NCBI RefSeq assembly: GCF_001194135.2
Contig: NC_068987.1
Location: 101,566,678 to 101,605,910 of the forward strand
Length of the DNA: 39,233 bases
Direction of reading: 5' to 3'
Source: Octopus bimaculoides
Lineage: Eukaryota
Shown here: one piece after another, positions 26,445-38,004 of the stretch
How positions within the stretch are numbered: the stretch's first letter is position 1
Layout: each line of letters begins with the position of its first letter
Notes under the pieces: generated by a model
Told to the model about the DNA's origin: nothing
Database searches by the model: none
What the model saw: only the letters and a program-made list of their open reading frames with translations
Program-made: the position numbers and the translations under genes

Positions 26445-26532
26445 TTCTTCAAAAACACAACGCACCGCCCGGCGCGGGAATTGAACCCAAGACATGATTG
26501 TCAGCCAAGTCCCTTAACCAATACGTCAAACA
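26445..26532 (-). mobile_element. SINE family C-like head fragment
   Basis: CTTCAAAAACACAACGCACCGCCCGGCGCGGGAATTGAACCC resembles the minus-strand head of the 21409 copy. Confidence 0.55.
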
Positions 26533-27080
26533 CCTTCGTAGAAAAAGAAATGATTTATAAGTTAGGTCGAGTGGATTAAATGCACCCCTCACTGTTATAT
26601 GGAAATTTGAAAGATAAAAGCCATTGATGGCCCAGTGGGGTCTGAACACAGAATGTATAGTGCAATATACGCAAAAACAATACTAATTTTTAGAAAAATC
26701 CATTAGACAGAAGAGAGGGTACCGCTCATGATTTTTTTAGGGCCTCTGAAACTGGTTAAGAAATGGGAAGGGAAGAAGGTATTCTGAAACTAGCCTCAAG
26801 CAATTACAACAGAGTGTAGTCCGTTAGAGCTGGGAGAAGCCCTCAAATATATCTCCTCAGGAATATGATGTGATGTTCATAGGGTTTTCAAAATGATTAT
26901 CGCTACAGATCAAGTAAAGGGGCAGGTAGTGATGAGCTATTCAAGCAATTAAACCCAGCTAATTTTTCTTGCTGTTCCTTGTTGCAAAGCATACACATTG
27001 GACTGCTCACACTGGCCATGTTCTGTGGTTAACATGAGCGGATTTTGTAGAATACTAGATATGTTGCTGAACCCCTAGCT

Positions 27081-27359
27081 CAGTGGTTCTCAACAATTTT
27101 TTTTTTTTTTTTTTGTCTATGGACACCGTTGATTCCTATTTCATCTTAAGGGACCCCCGTAGATAATCGAAGTTAAAACAAAAATCCTATCATATTTTTT
27201 TATACTCCAATATTATTAGGAATTGTATACAAAATTTAAATATTCTGTGTGTTGTAGAAGTATAATCACTTTAATGCACATAATTTTTAACTACAAAATC
27301 TTATTTGTCCCCTCCCCCATAATCCCAAGGGTCATGTGGACTTTGGTTAAGAACCACCA
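27081..27359. mobile_element. hAT (Charlie-like) MITE, degenerate
   Basis: Left TIR CAGTGGTTCTCAAC; right end GTTAAGAACCACCA (11/14 match to its reverse complement). Flanking 8-mers CCCTAGCT and CTCTTGAT resemble an NTCTAGAN target. Confidence 0.55.
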
Positions 27360-27697
27360 CTCTTGATTAACATTCTAGTAATTTTTAGTGAAGAGGGAAC
27401 TGTTGGTGTAGTGCCCCAAGATCGTCTCAAAGTGCAGGGTAGCTCGATTCTGAAATACTGAGAGAGATAAAAGAAATCGTTTACAGTACTTAAATGGTAC
27501 TTTATTAACCGAGGAGAGGTAAAAAATAAAGTTGAATATCTAGACTCAGAATGCGCAGGGCATTTTACCTGACGAGCTAATAATTCAGCTAATCGATTGA
27601 CTATTCACCAACATGTCAATCAATCAATCAATCTTGCTATGTATCTGTCTGTCTATCTACCTGTCTGTTTGTCTATCTATCAGTCACCCCGTTTATC

Positions 27698-27743
<46 letters not shown>

Positions 27744-27874
27744 GTCTGTTTGTCTATCTGTGCGTGTGTGCGCGTGTATATATATATATATATACATGCA
27801 GAGAGAGAGAGGAAGTTGAAAGCTCGTGGGTGAGTGAGTGTGTAATTCTCAGGATTTAGCACTTACTGCTTTTG

Positions 27875-28030
27875 TTTTGTATCCACGTAACTTAGAGGTT
27901 CGGCAGAAAGCATTCGATAGTAGAGTACCAGGCACGAAATAAGTTCTGTGGTCGATTTGATCAGCTAACTCACTTCGATGTGATACCCGAGAATGACCAC
28001 AATTTAAACATGTGAAAGAATGAAAAGCAA
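27875..28030 (+). mobile_element. SINE family B, 3' half
   Basis: CGTAACTTAGAGGTTCGGCAGAAAG...CGATAG...AATAAGTTCTGTGGTCGATTTG. Confidence 0.6.
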
Positions 28031-29129
28031 AAAAGAAAAGAAGTTTATTCTAACTATCCAAAATTTTATATCTAAATAATTTGGGGATGATTGATTGCAA
28101 AACTCCATAACACGTCACCCGGCCCAGAAAGAGCAACCACAGCCTTAACCATTAGGCCACACACCTGCACTCTTCACACGCATACACGGATTGCACGCGC
28201 ACACGTATTTGCATGTATGTGTTGCCGAAAACGTTAGTTGTACTTAGCCAATATCATTCAACATTCTGTTTGTAACACATCTCACTACTAGACTCTGGTG
28301 TAGTATCACCATCAGGCTGTTATAGACACACATAAATACATACAGAAACACAACAATAAACGTGCATGCATATATATACATATACAAGCACGCACAGCTC
28401 TGTGTATGTGTGTTTGTCTGTAAATAATATAATATATGTACGTACGTATGTATGTGTAAGTGTGTGCCTAGATTTTTATAGACGAGTGTATGTACTTCTA
28501 TTTGTGATTGCGTGCGTATGTACTTCTTATACGCGCTCACCGGGTTTTGTATATGTATGCATTCGTGGCTATACGTCAGTATAGTTTTGTGAGTACGTAT
28601 GTAGTGTACGTGTTTCTGTATGTACAAATATGCGGGAAATTGTGTTACTGCACGTGTTTCTCTGTGTGTGTGTGTGTGTGTGTGTGTGAGTTACACTTAA
28701 TACACACACACACAAACTAGCACATGCAAAACCACTAATATACTTAAGAACACATAACCTTACGTATAAACGTATTAATACACACATTCACACACACTCT
28801 CACATTGATAAACACTTAAATTTACTCATAGAAAACATCGGTCTCTCTCGCAGTAGCCTGACCTGTTGGAAATAAATACATACACAGCATTTTACGTACG
28901 CGACCGCTCGCATACATAAACAACTACACGACATAACATACACAGTCGCTTACACATTCAACCGCTTACGTACAAACACGGCCTGTACGAAAGTCATAGA
29001 CATAGAAACATACACATTTCTGAAGATAGGAACCCAAGTATAGACAATAAATACACTTTATATACACACACACACACACGTATCTGTATCTAACTCTGTG
29101 TGTGTGTGTGTGTTCTTTTGCCCCTATTT

Positions 29130-29285
29130 TTACTGTTTTCAGATGTTGGACTGTGGCCAAAGAGCACCGCCACGAACAGTATATATTTAGTCGATCATAT
29201 CGACCCAGTGAGTTATTTCATTCAGTCAGGTTGTCGAACCGATAGGTTACTGGACATTATAAAACGAGGCAAGACTATACAAGAC
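29130..29285 (-). mobile_element. SINE family B, 3' fragment
   Basis: GACTGTGGCCA..GAGCACCGCC...TTTAGTCGATCATATCGACCCAGT...GTCGAACCGATAGGTTAC. Confidence 0.55.
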
Positions 29286-29635
29286 CTGGGCACATACACA
29301 CACGCACACACACATACATGAATTGTACATAAGTATGTATGTATGAATGTATGTAAGTATGTATGTGTGTATTTGCATGTATGTTTGAAAGTATATATAT
29401 ATCTGTGTGTATATATGTGTATGCATATATATATATATGCGTGTATATACGTATATGTGTGTGTATATGTATTACGATACTTGTAAATGAATTCTATTTT
29501 CGTTCACCGTTCGCTGTTTTTGTCCACACAGAACACATTATTTTACCTGTTTATATAGTGCTCGTGCACTCTTTCTCTCTCTCTCGCTCTCTCTCTCTTT
29601 CTTTCTTTCTTCCTTTCTTATTTTTTAAGCCCGAA

Positions 29636-29930
29636 CGTGGCTGTGTGGTAAGAACTTTGCGTCCCAACCATTAGGTTCCTTGGGCGAGTGTCTTCTACTA
29701 AAGCCCCGAGCCTACCAAATCTTTCTGAGCGGATTTGGCAAACGGAAACTGAAAGAAGCTCGTCGTATATGTATATATCTGTTGTGTGTGTTTTTGTCTG
29801 TGTTTGTCCACCACCACCTGACAACCGGTGTTGGTGTGTTCACGTCTCTGTGACATAGTGGGGGCGTTTCGTTCGACTAAAATTCAAGGCCGTGCCCCAG
29901 CATGGCCGCAGTAATGGACTGAAACAAAAA
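29636..29930 (+). mobile_element. SINE family B copy
   Basis: GGTAAGAACTTTGC...CCTTGGGCGAGTGTCTTCTACT...GGAAACTGAAAGAAGC...CCAGCATGGCCGCAG...GACTGAAAC. Confidence 0.85.
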
Positions 29931-29948
29931 ATATATAGATGTACATAT

Positions 29949-30012
29949 CTTTTATTTGTTTCGGTCAGTGAAGTGTGGCCCTGCTGGAGCACGGCCTTTT
30001 AGGGTTTAGCAC
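29949..30012 (-). mobile_element. SINE family B, 3' end fragment
   Basis: TTTGTTTCGGTCAGTGAAGTGTGGCCCTGCTGGAGCACGGCCTT is the reverse complement of the family B tail. Confidence 0.7.
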
Positions 30013-30194
30013 ACTAGCGTAGTTATAGTGTGTGCCACCTAGGGGCGGCCCTTCCGTTTGCCGCCCCATGCATGGACTCCACAAAAGAAACATATTGCTT
30101 ACAGCAGACCCAAAAGTTCTACTCTGTTAAAAGTGCCACCCGGAGCGGACTGACCCCCCCCCCCGCTATAGTAGAAGAAATCAACCTCAGTATT

Positions 30195-30448
30195 TCTTAT
30201 CTTAAGTTTGGTGCTCTATTCTATCGGTTGTTTTAATTGAACTGCTAAGTTAGGGTGAGTTTAGCATACCAGCACCGTTTGTCAAGCAGTGAAGGAGTCA
30301 AACACACACACACACAAACGCAAATACGGCGGCTTCCACCGTTTACGGTCCACCAAATTCAATCACTTGTAGGCGGCATTCCGCGAAGTGAGACTTGAAC
30401 TCGAAACCACGTGGTTGAAAATCGAGCTTCTGAACCACAACAGACATG
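30195..30448 (-). mobile_element. SINE family B, diverged copy
   Basis: CTATTCTATCGG...GAACTGCTAAGTTA...CCAGCACCGTTTGTCAAGC...(CA)n...GAACTCGAAACCACGTGGTTG. Confidence 0.7.
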
Positions 30449-31199
30449 ACTTCACAGTATCTATACTCAGCTCTTCGTCCTTTAAAAACAATCACACACA
30501 CACTCACACACACACACTTTCATGTATATATTCGTTTTTCAAATCTATCTCCCTTCGTATGCATGTTTGTGTCTGTGTATCTGTTACTGAACGTCTGCTA
30601 TATTTCTGCTTTGCAGATCTGTGAATGAATTCTTTACTCTCGTTGTCTGTGTGTATGTCTGTGTGTATGTCTGTGTGTGCTTCTAGATTTAGAACTATAA
30701 ATATATATTTAAAAGTATAGGTGTATCTTGCTATGCTTATGTATGTATTCTATGAATGGCTGTGTATATTGTTGTTTCGTTCCTTGCTTAACTCGAGGTT
30801 ACTCCATCCACGATCATCCCGTATTGTTAAGACAGCTGCTATATGTGTGTATGAAGGTATTGTGTACGTGTGTGTGTGCATGTATCTGTCTGTCTGTCTC
30901 TCACTTTCTCACTATAAATATGAACACACACACACATAATGAATGAGTGTATATCTAATATGTGCGTGTGTGTATGTGCGTGAGTGTGCGCGCGTTTATG
31001 TGTGTCTACATGTCTCAATAGATGCAGTCTTGTCTTGTATTTAGATTACACACGCACACACCTGTATGTTATACATACATACCCATGTACATATAGATAT
31101 ATACATAGAGAGAGGGAGAGATACTAAAATAATCTACTTCTCTACCCCTGTATCTTCCCTTCTTTTTTCTGTCTTCCTATTTTAGCTTTTTTTTTTTGC

Positions 31200-31215
31200 A
31201 CCACCACCACCATAA

Positions 31216-31272
<57 letters not shown>

Positions 31273-31286
31273 ACACCACCACTACT
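31200..31286. repeat. (ACT)n/(ACC)n microsatellite
   Basis: Direct inspection. Confidence 0.95.
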
Positions 31287-31689
31287 TTTTCAACTGCTGA
31301 AGCATACGCTCTTCTCTTTCCTTTCTAAATTCATACGCCTCTATGTATATCTGTCTTTCTATCTATGTCTCTATAATAATTCCGTTCATTGTGAGATTTT
31401 TAAACCGTTCGCTTGCGACTCTACTCGTTATTTCAATGTGGTCGTATTATAAGTTGTCGTGATAAGCTGCTTAAGGTTTGTCTCAATACGTGTCTTGTTA
31501 TATTTAACCAGTCGTGTTGTGACTAACTAACATACGACCATAAACACACACATAACACTTTTTATCACCGAGTCTCCAATCGTTTTGAACTTAATACTTC
31601 GTCCAATGTGATATTCGAAAATTAAACCCACACGTTTCAGGTCTGAACGAGTTTTCGAAGATTTATTTTTGATTTTTGTTTTCTCGCTT

Positions 31690-31900
31690 TAGTCATTGGT
31701 TTGCGGTCAGCTGGAGGCATCTCTTTGTAGAGCTTAGCGAGACAAATCGATCCCCAGTATTTGTATATATTTTTTCGGTCTTGTTTACCGAGCCGCTATG
31801 ATATTGGGACATAAACAAATCCATACCGGTGGTCGAAAACGGTGGGAGGGTGGGTGGAAAACAGAGAAAAAGACTCACACACAAACACAAATTTATACAT
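31690..31900 (-). mobile_element. SINE family B, 3' half
   Basis: Reverse-complement match to the 3' half of family B (AGTCATT...GCGGTCAGCTGGAGGCA...CGATCCCCAGTA...CCGAGCCGCTA...ATAAACA). Confidence 0.65.
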
Positions 31901-31979
31901 ACTAAGAAACATGTGCATATATACGTGTGTATGTGTGTGTGTGTGTTTGTATTTATGTATGGTTCTACGTACCTGTTTA

Positions 31980-32095
31980 TATAGCTTGCTTCCCAACCGC
32001 ATGGTTCCGAGTTCAATCTCATTGCGTGGCACCTTCGGCAAGTGCCTACTACTATAGCTTTGGGCCGACCAAAGCCCTGTGAGTGGATTTTGTAG

Positions 32096-32187
<92 letters not shown>

Positions 32188-32405
32188 CAGTCTGTGTTTG
32201 TCGCCCCACGCACTATCGCTTGACAACCGATGTGGTGTGTTTATATCCCCGTAACATAGCGGTTCAACAAAAATGACTGATAAAATAAGTACTAGACTTA
32301 CGAAGAATAAGTACTGGGGTCAATTTCTTAGATTGAAAACCCCTTTAAAAGTGGTGCTCCAGCATGACCACACTCAAATGACTGAAACATGTAAAAGAAC
32401 AAAAT
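31980..32405 (+). mobile_element. SINE family B copy with expanded (TG)n
   Basis: GCTTCCCAACCGCATGGTTCCGAG...GGGCCGACCAAAGCC...(TG)n...CGCTTGACAACCGATG...GTGCTCCAGCATGACC...GACTGAAAC. Confidence 0.85.
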
Positions 32406-32438
32406 AACACATACAGGATATAGTTGTCAGTGATTGGT

Positions 32439-32600
32439 TGAAATTATCGAAATAAGACAATTTTTTACATGAAATACAAAAATTTTTTTCTGTTCTATAA
32501 CACAAAATAGATAAGTATACGAAGTTTGAAAGTCTTTCGGTACAAAAAACACTACGTAAAACATTAATGAAAACTGGTGCCCCCGTTTTGAACTAGATCC
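32439..32600 (+). repeat. ~170-bp direct repeat, copy 1
   Basis: Highly similar to 35205-35376. Confidence 0.9.
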
Positions 32601-32640
32601 CACATACATATATACATGTGTGTGTGTGTGCGCGTGTGTT

Positions 32641-32776
32641 AATAATTAAGGGTGCTACAGGTAGCACCGGTATGCTAAAAATAGCAGCCAGAAGACAACT
32701 AGAACCACGTGGTTGTAGTTGTCTTCTGACGGCTATTTTTAGCGTATCGGTACTACCTGTAGTACCCATAATTATT
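32641..32776. repeat. 136-bp loopless palindrome
   Basis: Two 68-bp arms centred on ACCAC|GTGGT (32708/32709), with 8 mismatches counted by hand. Confidence 0.9.
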
Positions 32777-32786
32777 ATTATCATTA

Positions 32787-32946
32787 TTTTTGGTACTATA
32801 GGCGCAAGGCCCAAATTTCGGGGTGGGGCAGTCGATTAAGTCGACCCAGTACGCAACTGGTACTTGATTTATCGACCCCAAATGGATAAAAGGCAAAGTC
32901 AATCTCGGCGAAATTTGAACTCAGAACGTAAGATAGATGAAATACC
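32787..32946 (-). mobile_element. SINE family A, 5'-truncated copy
   Basis: AGGCCC.AAATTT...GTCGATTA..TCGACCCAGTACGCAACTGGTACTT...AAAGGCAAAGTC...ATTTGAACTCAGAACG. Confidence 0.8.
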
Positions 32947-33066
32947 TACTCTAGGCACAAGGCCCGAAATTTTGGAGGAAGGGGCCAGTCGATTAGATCG
33001 ACCCAGTACGAAGGGGTACTTAATTTATCGAAAGGATAAAAGGCAAAGTCGACTTCTGCGGATTTG
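32947..33066 (-). mobile_element. SINE family A, 5'-truncated copy tandem to the previous one
   Basis: Repeats the same 3' segment (TACTCTAGGCACAAGGCCCGAAATTTT...AAAGGCAAAGTCGAC). Confidence 0.8.
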
Positions 33067-33393
33067 CCACTTGATGCTATAGTAAACAACAATATCATTT
33101 TATATATATATATATATATATATATCATACAAGTGATAGATGAGCATATGCATGTATACATACATGTAGGTACATACCTACATCTACATGTATATATAGA
33201 TGCATATCCGGATACAGGACGTCAAAAAGGAACGGGAACATAAAGCACAAAATACGGACTTTTTTACAGACAACATTACGAACATATAGGAAAACAGACG
33301 AGCCACGTATGGAACTTTACTTCATCAGCTGCCTCTATTCTAAACTAGGCGTTTCGATAAATATACATATATGTATGTATGTATGTATGTATG

Positions 33394-33484
<91 letters not shown>

Positions 33485-33489
33485 CCACT

Positions 33490-33600
33490 GGCTGCAATAC
33501 GGTGTCCGTCTAACAAATTCGACCTCAAGGCATTAGTCGATAAATGGGGACGGAACCTGAAACCAGAGTGAGCGCAAAGCGAGGTTCACATAGCTATGCT
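33490..33600 (-). mobile_element. SINE family B, 5' fragment
   Basis: GTCCGTCTAACAAATTCGACCTCAAGGCATTAGTCGA...GAACCTGAAACC. Confidence 0.5.
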
Positions 33601-34071
33601 TGCACCCATTCAAAAATATAGGCTTGACCGTGTATTATTAGATTTGAAGACAAATCCCAACCTTCATCTAACACATCTTAAAAATGTATGCGCTCCTGAA
33701 ACTACGTGCATACAGATGTAATACAATATATATGGTGAGTGTCTGAATAGCTTTTCTGAAGTAAATCCTCGCGAAAAGGTATTGATCAACCCGGGGCTGT
33801 ACTAGAGGATATATGTACAATGTGTTGCGCAGTGGAGATGAAGCCAGAAGAATCACGTGGGTGTGACGCGAGTTTCTTAATTACAATCCTGCGTCTAAGT
33901 ATAGTCAACAGTCTCTGTACAGGCAAGTTATTTTTGCGCCGAATTAGGCTGAAGACTTAATAACTTTGATCACATATATATCTTTGATCTAAAATGACCT
34001 GGGAGTAAAAAAATAGGAACAACAAAAACACCATACAATGCTTAGCCTTAATTAGGTGGATGTTTGTGTGA

Positions 34072-34115
<44 letters not shown>

Positions 34116-34217
34116 GAAAGATGTAAAGGTATGCATACATGTAAATACACACACACACACATGCATGCGTTCTAAGTGGTTGTGTATGTAAGGTTTCTCT
34201 TACGTATTCATGTGTGT

Positions 34218-34540
34218 GGAGCCGCAATGGTTATAGGATTGCGGTTTCGATTCCCAGACCGGGCGTTATGAGTGTTTATTGAGCGAAAACACCTAAAGCT
34301 CCACGAGGCTCCGGCAGGGGATGGTGGCGAACCACAAATTTGACCACAACTTTCTCTCACTCTTACTTCCTGTTTCTGTTGTACCTGTATTTCGAGGGGG
34401 GTCAGCCTTGTCACACTGTGTGTTCACGCTGAATTTCCTCAGCCACTTGCACGTTAATTTCACGAGCAGGCTGTTCTGTTGATCGGATCGATTGGAACCC
34501 TCGACGTCGTAAGCGACGGAGTGCCAACAACAACAACAAA
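34218..34540 (+). mobile_element. tRNA-derived SINE family D with (CAA)n tail
   Basis: GGAGCCGCAATGG...GCGGTTTCGATTCCCAGACCGGGCG (B-box-like), body, ending GACGGAGTGCCAACAACAACAACAA. Confidence 0.75.
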
Positions 34541-34617
34541 CGTACACATGCGAAGCTTTATGTAAAGCGGAGATGCGCACGCGCATATGTTGTTTAACCA
34601 CAAATCAGCTTCTCTAG

Positions 34618-35204
34618 NNNNNNNNNNNNNNNNNNNNNNNNNNNNNNNNNNNNNNNNNNNNNNNNNNNNNNNNNNNNNNNNNNNNNNNNNNNNNNNNNNN
34701 NNNNNNNNNNNNNNNNNNNNNNNNNNNNNNNNNNNNNNNNNNNNNNNNNNNNNNNNNNNNNNNNNNNNNNNNNNNNNNNNNNNNNNNNNNNNNNNNNNNN
34801 NNNNNNNNNNNNNNNNNNNNNNNNNNNNNNNNNNNNNNNNNNNNNNNNNNNNNNNNNNNNNNNNNNNNNNNNNNNNNNNNNNNNNNNNNNNNNNNNNNNN
34901 NNNNNNNNNNNNNNNNNNNNNNNNNNNNNNNNNNNNNNNNNNNNNNNNNNNNNNNNNNNNNNNNNNNNNNNNNNNNNNNNNNNNNNNNNNNNNNNNNNNN
35001 NNNNNNNNNNNNNNNNNNNNNNNNNNNNNNNNNNNNNNNNNNNNNNNNNNNNNNNNNNNNNNNNNNNNNNNNNNNNNNNNNNNNNNNNNNNNNNNNNNNN
35101 NNNNNNNNNNNNNNNNNNNNNNNNNNNNNNNNNNNNNNNNNNNNNNNNNNNNNNNNNNNNNNNNNNNNNNNNNNNNNNNNNNNNNNNNNNNNNNNNNNNN
35201 NNNN
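34618..35204. other. Assembly gap (N run); other gaps at 715-817, 5295-5304, 11185-11335, 36487-36788, 37358-37457
   Basis: N characters in the sequence. Confidence 0.99.
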
Positions 35205-35376
35205 TGAAATTATCGAAATAAGACAATTTTTTACATGAAATAAATTCGAATACAAAAATATTTTTCTGTTCTATAACACAAAATAGATAAGTATACGAAG
35301 TTTGAAAGTCTTTAGATACCAAAAACACTACGTAAAACATTAATGAAAACTGTGGCCCCCGTTTTGAAATAGATCC
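35205..35376 (+). repeat. ~170-bp direct repeat, copy 2
   Basis: Highly similar to 32439-32600, with a short insertion and a few substitutions; abuts the N-gap. Confidence 0.9.
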
Positions 35377-35381
35377 GGTGA

Positions 35382-35406
35382 TTCTTCTTCTTCTTCTTCT
35401 TCTTCT

Positions 35407-35445
<39 letters not shown>
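35382..35445. repeat. (CTT)n-(CT)n microsatellite
   Basis: Direct inspection. Confidence 0.95.
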
Positions 35446-35448
<3 letters not shown>

Positions 35449-35782
35449 GTATTCGCTTAGAATTAGGTTACATAGCACTGTGAGAGTTGTAAAGGACTAC
35501 GAACAGAGTCCATTTTCTCTAAGAAATACATGAAGATTTACTCATTACTAATTTAAGATTAGATTAGTATTCAGTAAACTCTTATCATCTACAAAATCTG
35601 TCTCAAGAACCCAAACATAACGGGTCTGGACAGACTTCTGTACGCACTCGTCGTGTCCGATTTGACAAATTTGTCCGCGGTGAGAGACTTCAGCTCAGAA
35701 CTTAAACGTCAAGAACCAGACTGCTTCAATTGTTTCTAATGCAGAAACTTAATCAGAAATCTTGTGGGGAGTTTTAGAGATG

Positions 35783-35893
35783 AAAGGTAACGTTGTCTTC
35801 GGTGAGATTTGAACCCAGTACTTAAAAAGACGAAAAACATTAAACAAAACGTTTCTCCCGACCCTCTAACGATTCTACCAGCTTACCACTCCT
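35783..35893 (-). mobile_element. SINE family A, 5' fragment
   Basis: GATTTGAACCCAG...CTAACGATTCTACCAGCTTACCAC. Confidence 0.6.
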
Positions 35894-35964
35894 AAAGAAT
35901 ATAAATATTACTGAAAGCTTTTTCTACTTCACCCTTTCAATTGAATTGGTGACCAGTTAGAATA

Positions 35965-36181
35965 TAAGCGTACTGGGTTCAAATTTAGGGCAAGGCAAGC
36001 GATTTCGTGATTGAGATAAGCAGATTACATTGACCCCAGTACCCAGTTGCTATTTATTTTATCGATCCTAAAAGGATAAAAAGCAAAGTCTTCCCCTACG
36101 GCATTTGAACTCAGAAGTCACAAGAAATGTCGGTCAGTGTTTTGTCTAGCGCGGTAACGATTCTGCTAGACTGCCGCCTTG
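35965..36181 (-). mobile_element. SINE family A, diverged copy
   Basis: GACCCCAGTACCCAGTTG...TTTATCGATCC.AAAAGGATAAAAAGCAAAGTC...ATTTGAACTCAGAA...TAACGATTCTGCTAGACTGCCGCCTT. Confidence 0.75.
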
Positions 36182-36210
36182 TAAGAGATTAAGTATATAT
36201 TATTCGCATT

Positions 36211-36908
36211 CTTTATTCTCTTATTGGTCATTGGATCGTGGCCGTGATGGGATAAAGCCTTGAAGGGTTTAGTCCAAGAGATTGGCACCAGACATATTTT
36301 TTATCAAGTCTGATATTCATTCTGTCAGTTTTTTTATAGTAAAATCACTAAGATACGAAGAACGAAAACAAACCAACACTGGTAGTAAAGCGGTGAGAGA
36401 CCACAAAGTCACCCTTACACACACACACATATATACATACACACACACACACACACACATATATACATACACATAACTCACACACTNNNNNNNNNNNNNN
36501 NNNNNNNNNNNNNNNNNNNNNNNNNNNNNNNNNNNNNNNNNNNNNNNNNNNNNNNNNNNNNNNNNNNNNNNNNNNNNNNNNNNNNNNNNNNNNNNNNNNN
36601 NNNNNNNNNNNNNNNNNNNNNNNNNNNNNNNNNNNNNNNNNNNNNNNNNNNNNNNNNNNNNNNNNNNNNNNNNNNNNNNNNNNNNNNNNNNNNNNNNNNN
36701 NNNNNNNNNNNNNNNNNNNNNNNNNNNNNNNNNNNNNNNNNNNNNNNNNNNNNNNNNNNNNNNNNNNNNNNNNNNNNNNNNNNNNNNNATTCACAAAGCA
36801 TTAGTTCTGCCAGAGGTCATTGCAGGAGACACTTTCTCGAATTGTTGCGTCATGGGACTGAACCCGAAACTTCATGATCGCGAAATCAATTTCTTAACCT
36901 CACTGCAT
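36211..36908 (-). mobile_element. SINE family B copy spanning an N-gap in its internal microsatellite
   Basis: 3' half at 36211-36420, (CA)n plus gap, then the 5' half TCACAAAGCATTAG...GGGACTGAACCCGAAAC at 36789-36908. Confidence 0.6.
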
Positions 36909-37715
36909 CTATCATGATATTTTCATCTGTTAAATATAATAAAAGCAAAACATTATAACCCAAACAATTCAAATATTACTGAAACGTTTTTCGAGATTAA
37001 CTGGTTGTCTAAGAAAGTTTCCTCGCTGTTTTCAACCGATCTAATTGAAACGATGACTAGACACATAAACTATAAGCATCTAAATATATTCTGTTTGTGT
37101 ATGTGTATGAAACGTATGTCTATACATCGTCGGCATTTGTAATAATATTTTCATCTTTCAACAAATGAAACAATAGCTTTTCAAATGTTCACTAAATGAA
37201 ACAAGTATAATAAATACTTAATGCTATCATTTGTTCAATACATATTTCATTACTTTTTACACGGGTATTCTGCATTAGATCTTATATCGCTTTATCTTTC
37301 TACATCTGAAATGAGATGTACGTTTAATGTGTACGCCCGTGTGTGTGTGTGTGTGTGNNNNNNNNNNNNNNNNNNNNNNNNNNNNNNNNNNNNNNNNNNN
37401 NNNNNNNNNNNNNNNNNNNNNNNNNNNNNNNNNNNNNNNNNNNNNNNNNNNNNNNNNCACACACACACATACATACACACACACATTGCTTTATCATTGT
37501 ATCTATGATCTGTATATATTAATTTTGTGTGTGTGTGTGTGTGTGTTTGTGTGTGTGAGTGAATGTGTAGGTGTATTTATTTTCGGGGCAGGAAAATGTA
37601 GATTAAACAAATCGATATCACTGTATTATCGATCGGAGGTGGAAATGAGCTCTCATAACTACAGCAGCAGCACTATCACCACCACCGCCACCATCAACAG
37701 CGACAACAACAACAG

Positions 37716-37936
37716 TATTCTTTTCTACTCTAGGCACGAGGCCCCGAAATTTTGTCGGAGAGGGCCAGTCGATTAGAACGAACCAGTACGTAACTGGTAC
37801 TCAATCTATCGACCACGAAAGGATGAAAGGCAAAGTCGACCTCGCCGGAAGTTGAACTCAGAACATAAAAGACAGACGAAATATCGCTAAGAATTTCGCC
37901 CGGCGTGCTTAACGTTTCTGCCAGCTCGCCGCCTTA
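37716..37936 (-). mobile_element. SINE family A, near full-length copy
   Basis: Reverse complement of the 15759 and 15986 copies, ending in GCCAGCTCGCCGCCTTA. Confidence 0.85.
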
Positions 37937-38004
37937 CAACAAGAACAACAGGAATATTAATGAGAGCAATAGGGAGTGTATCAACAGGAGAAGCAAACCG
38001 AAAG

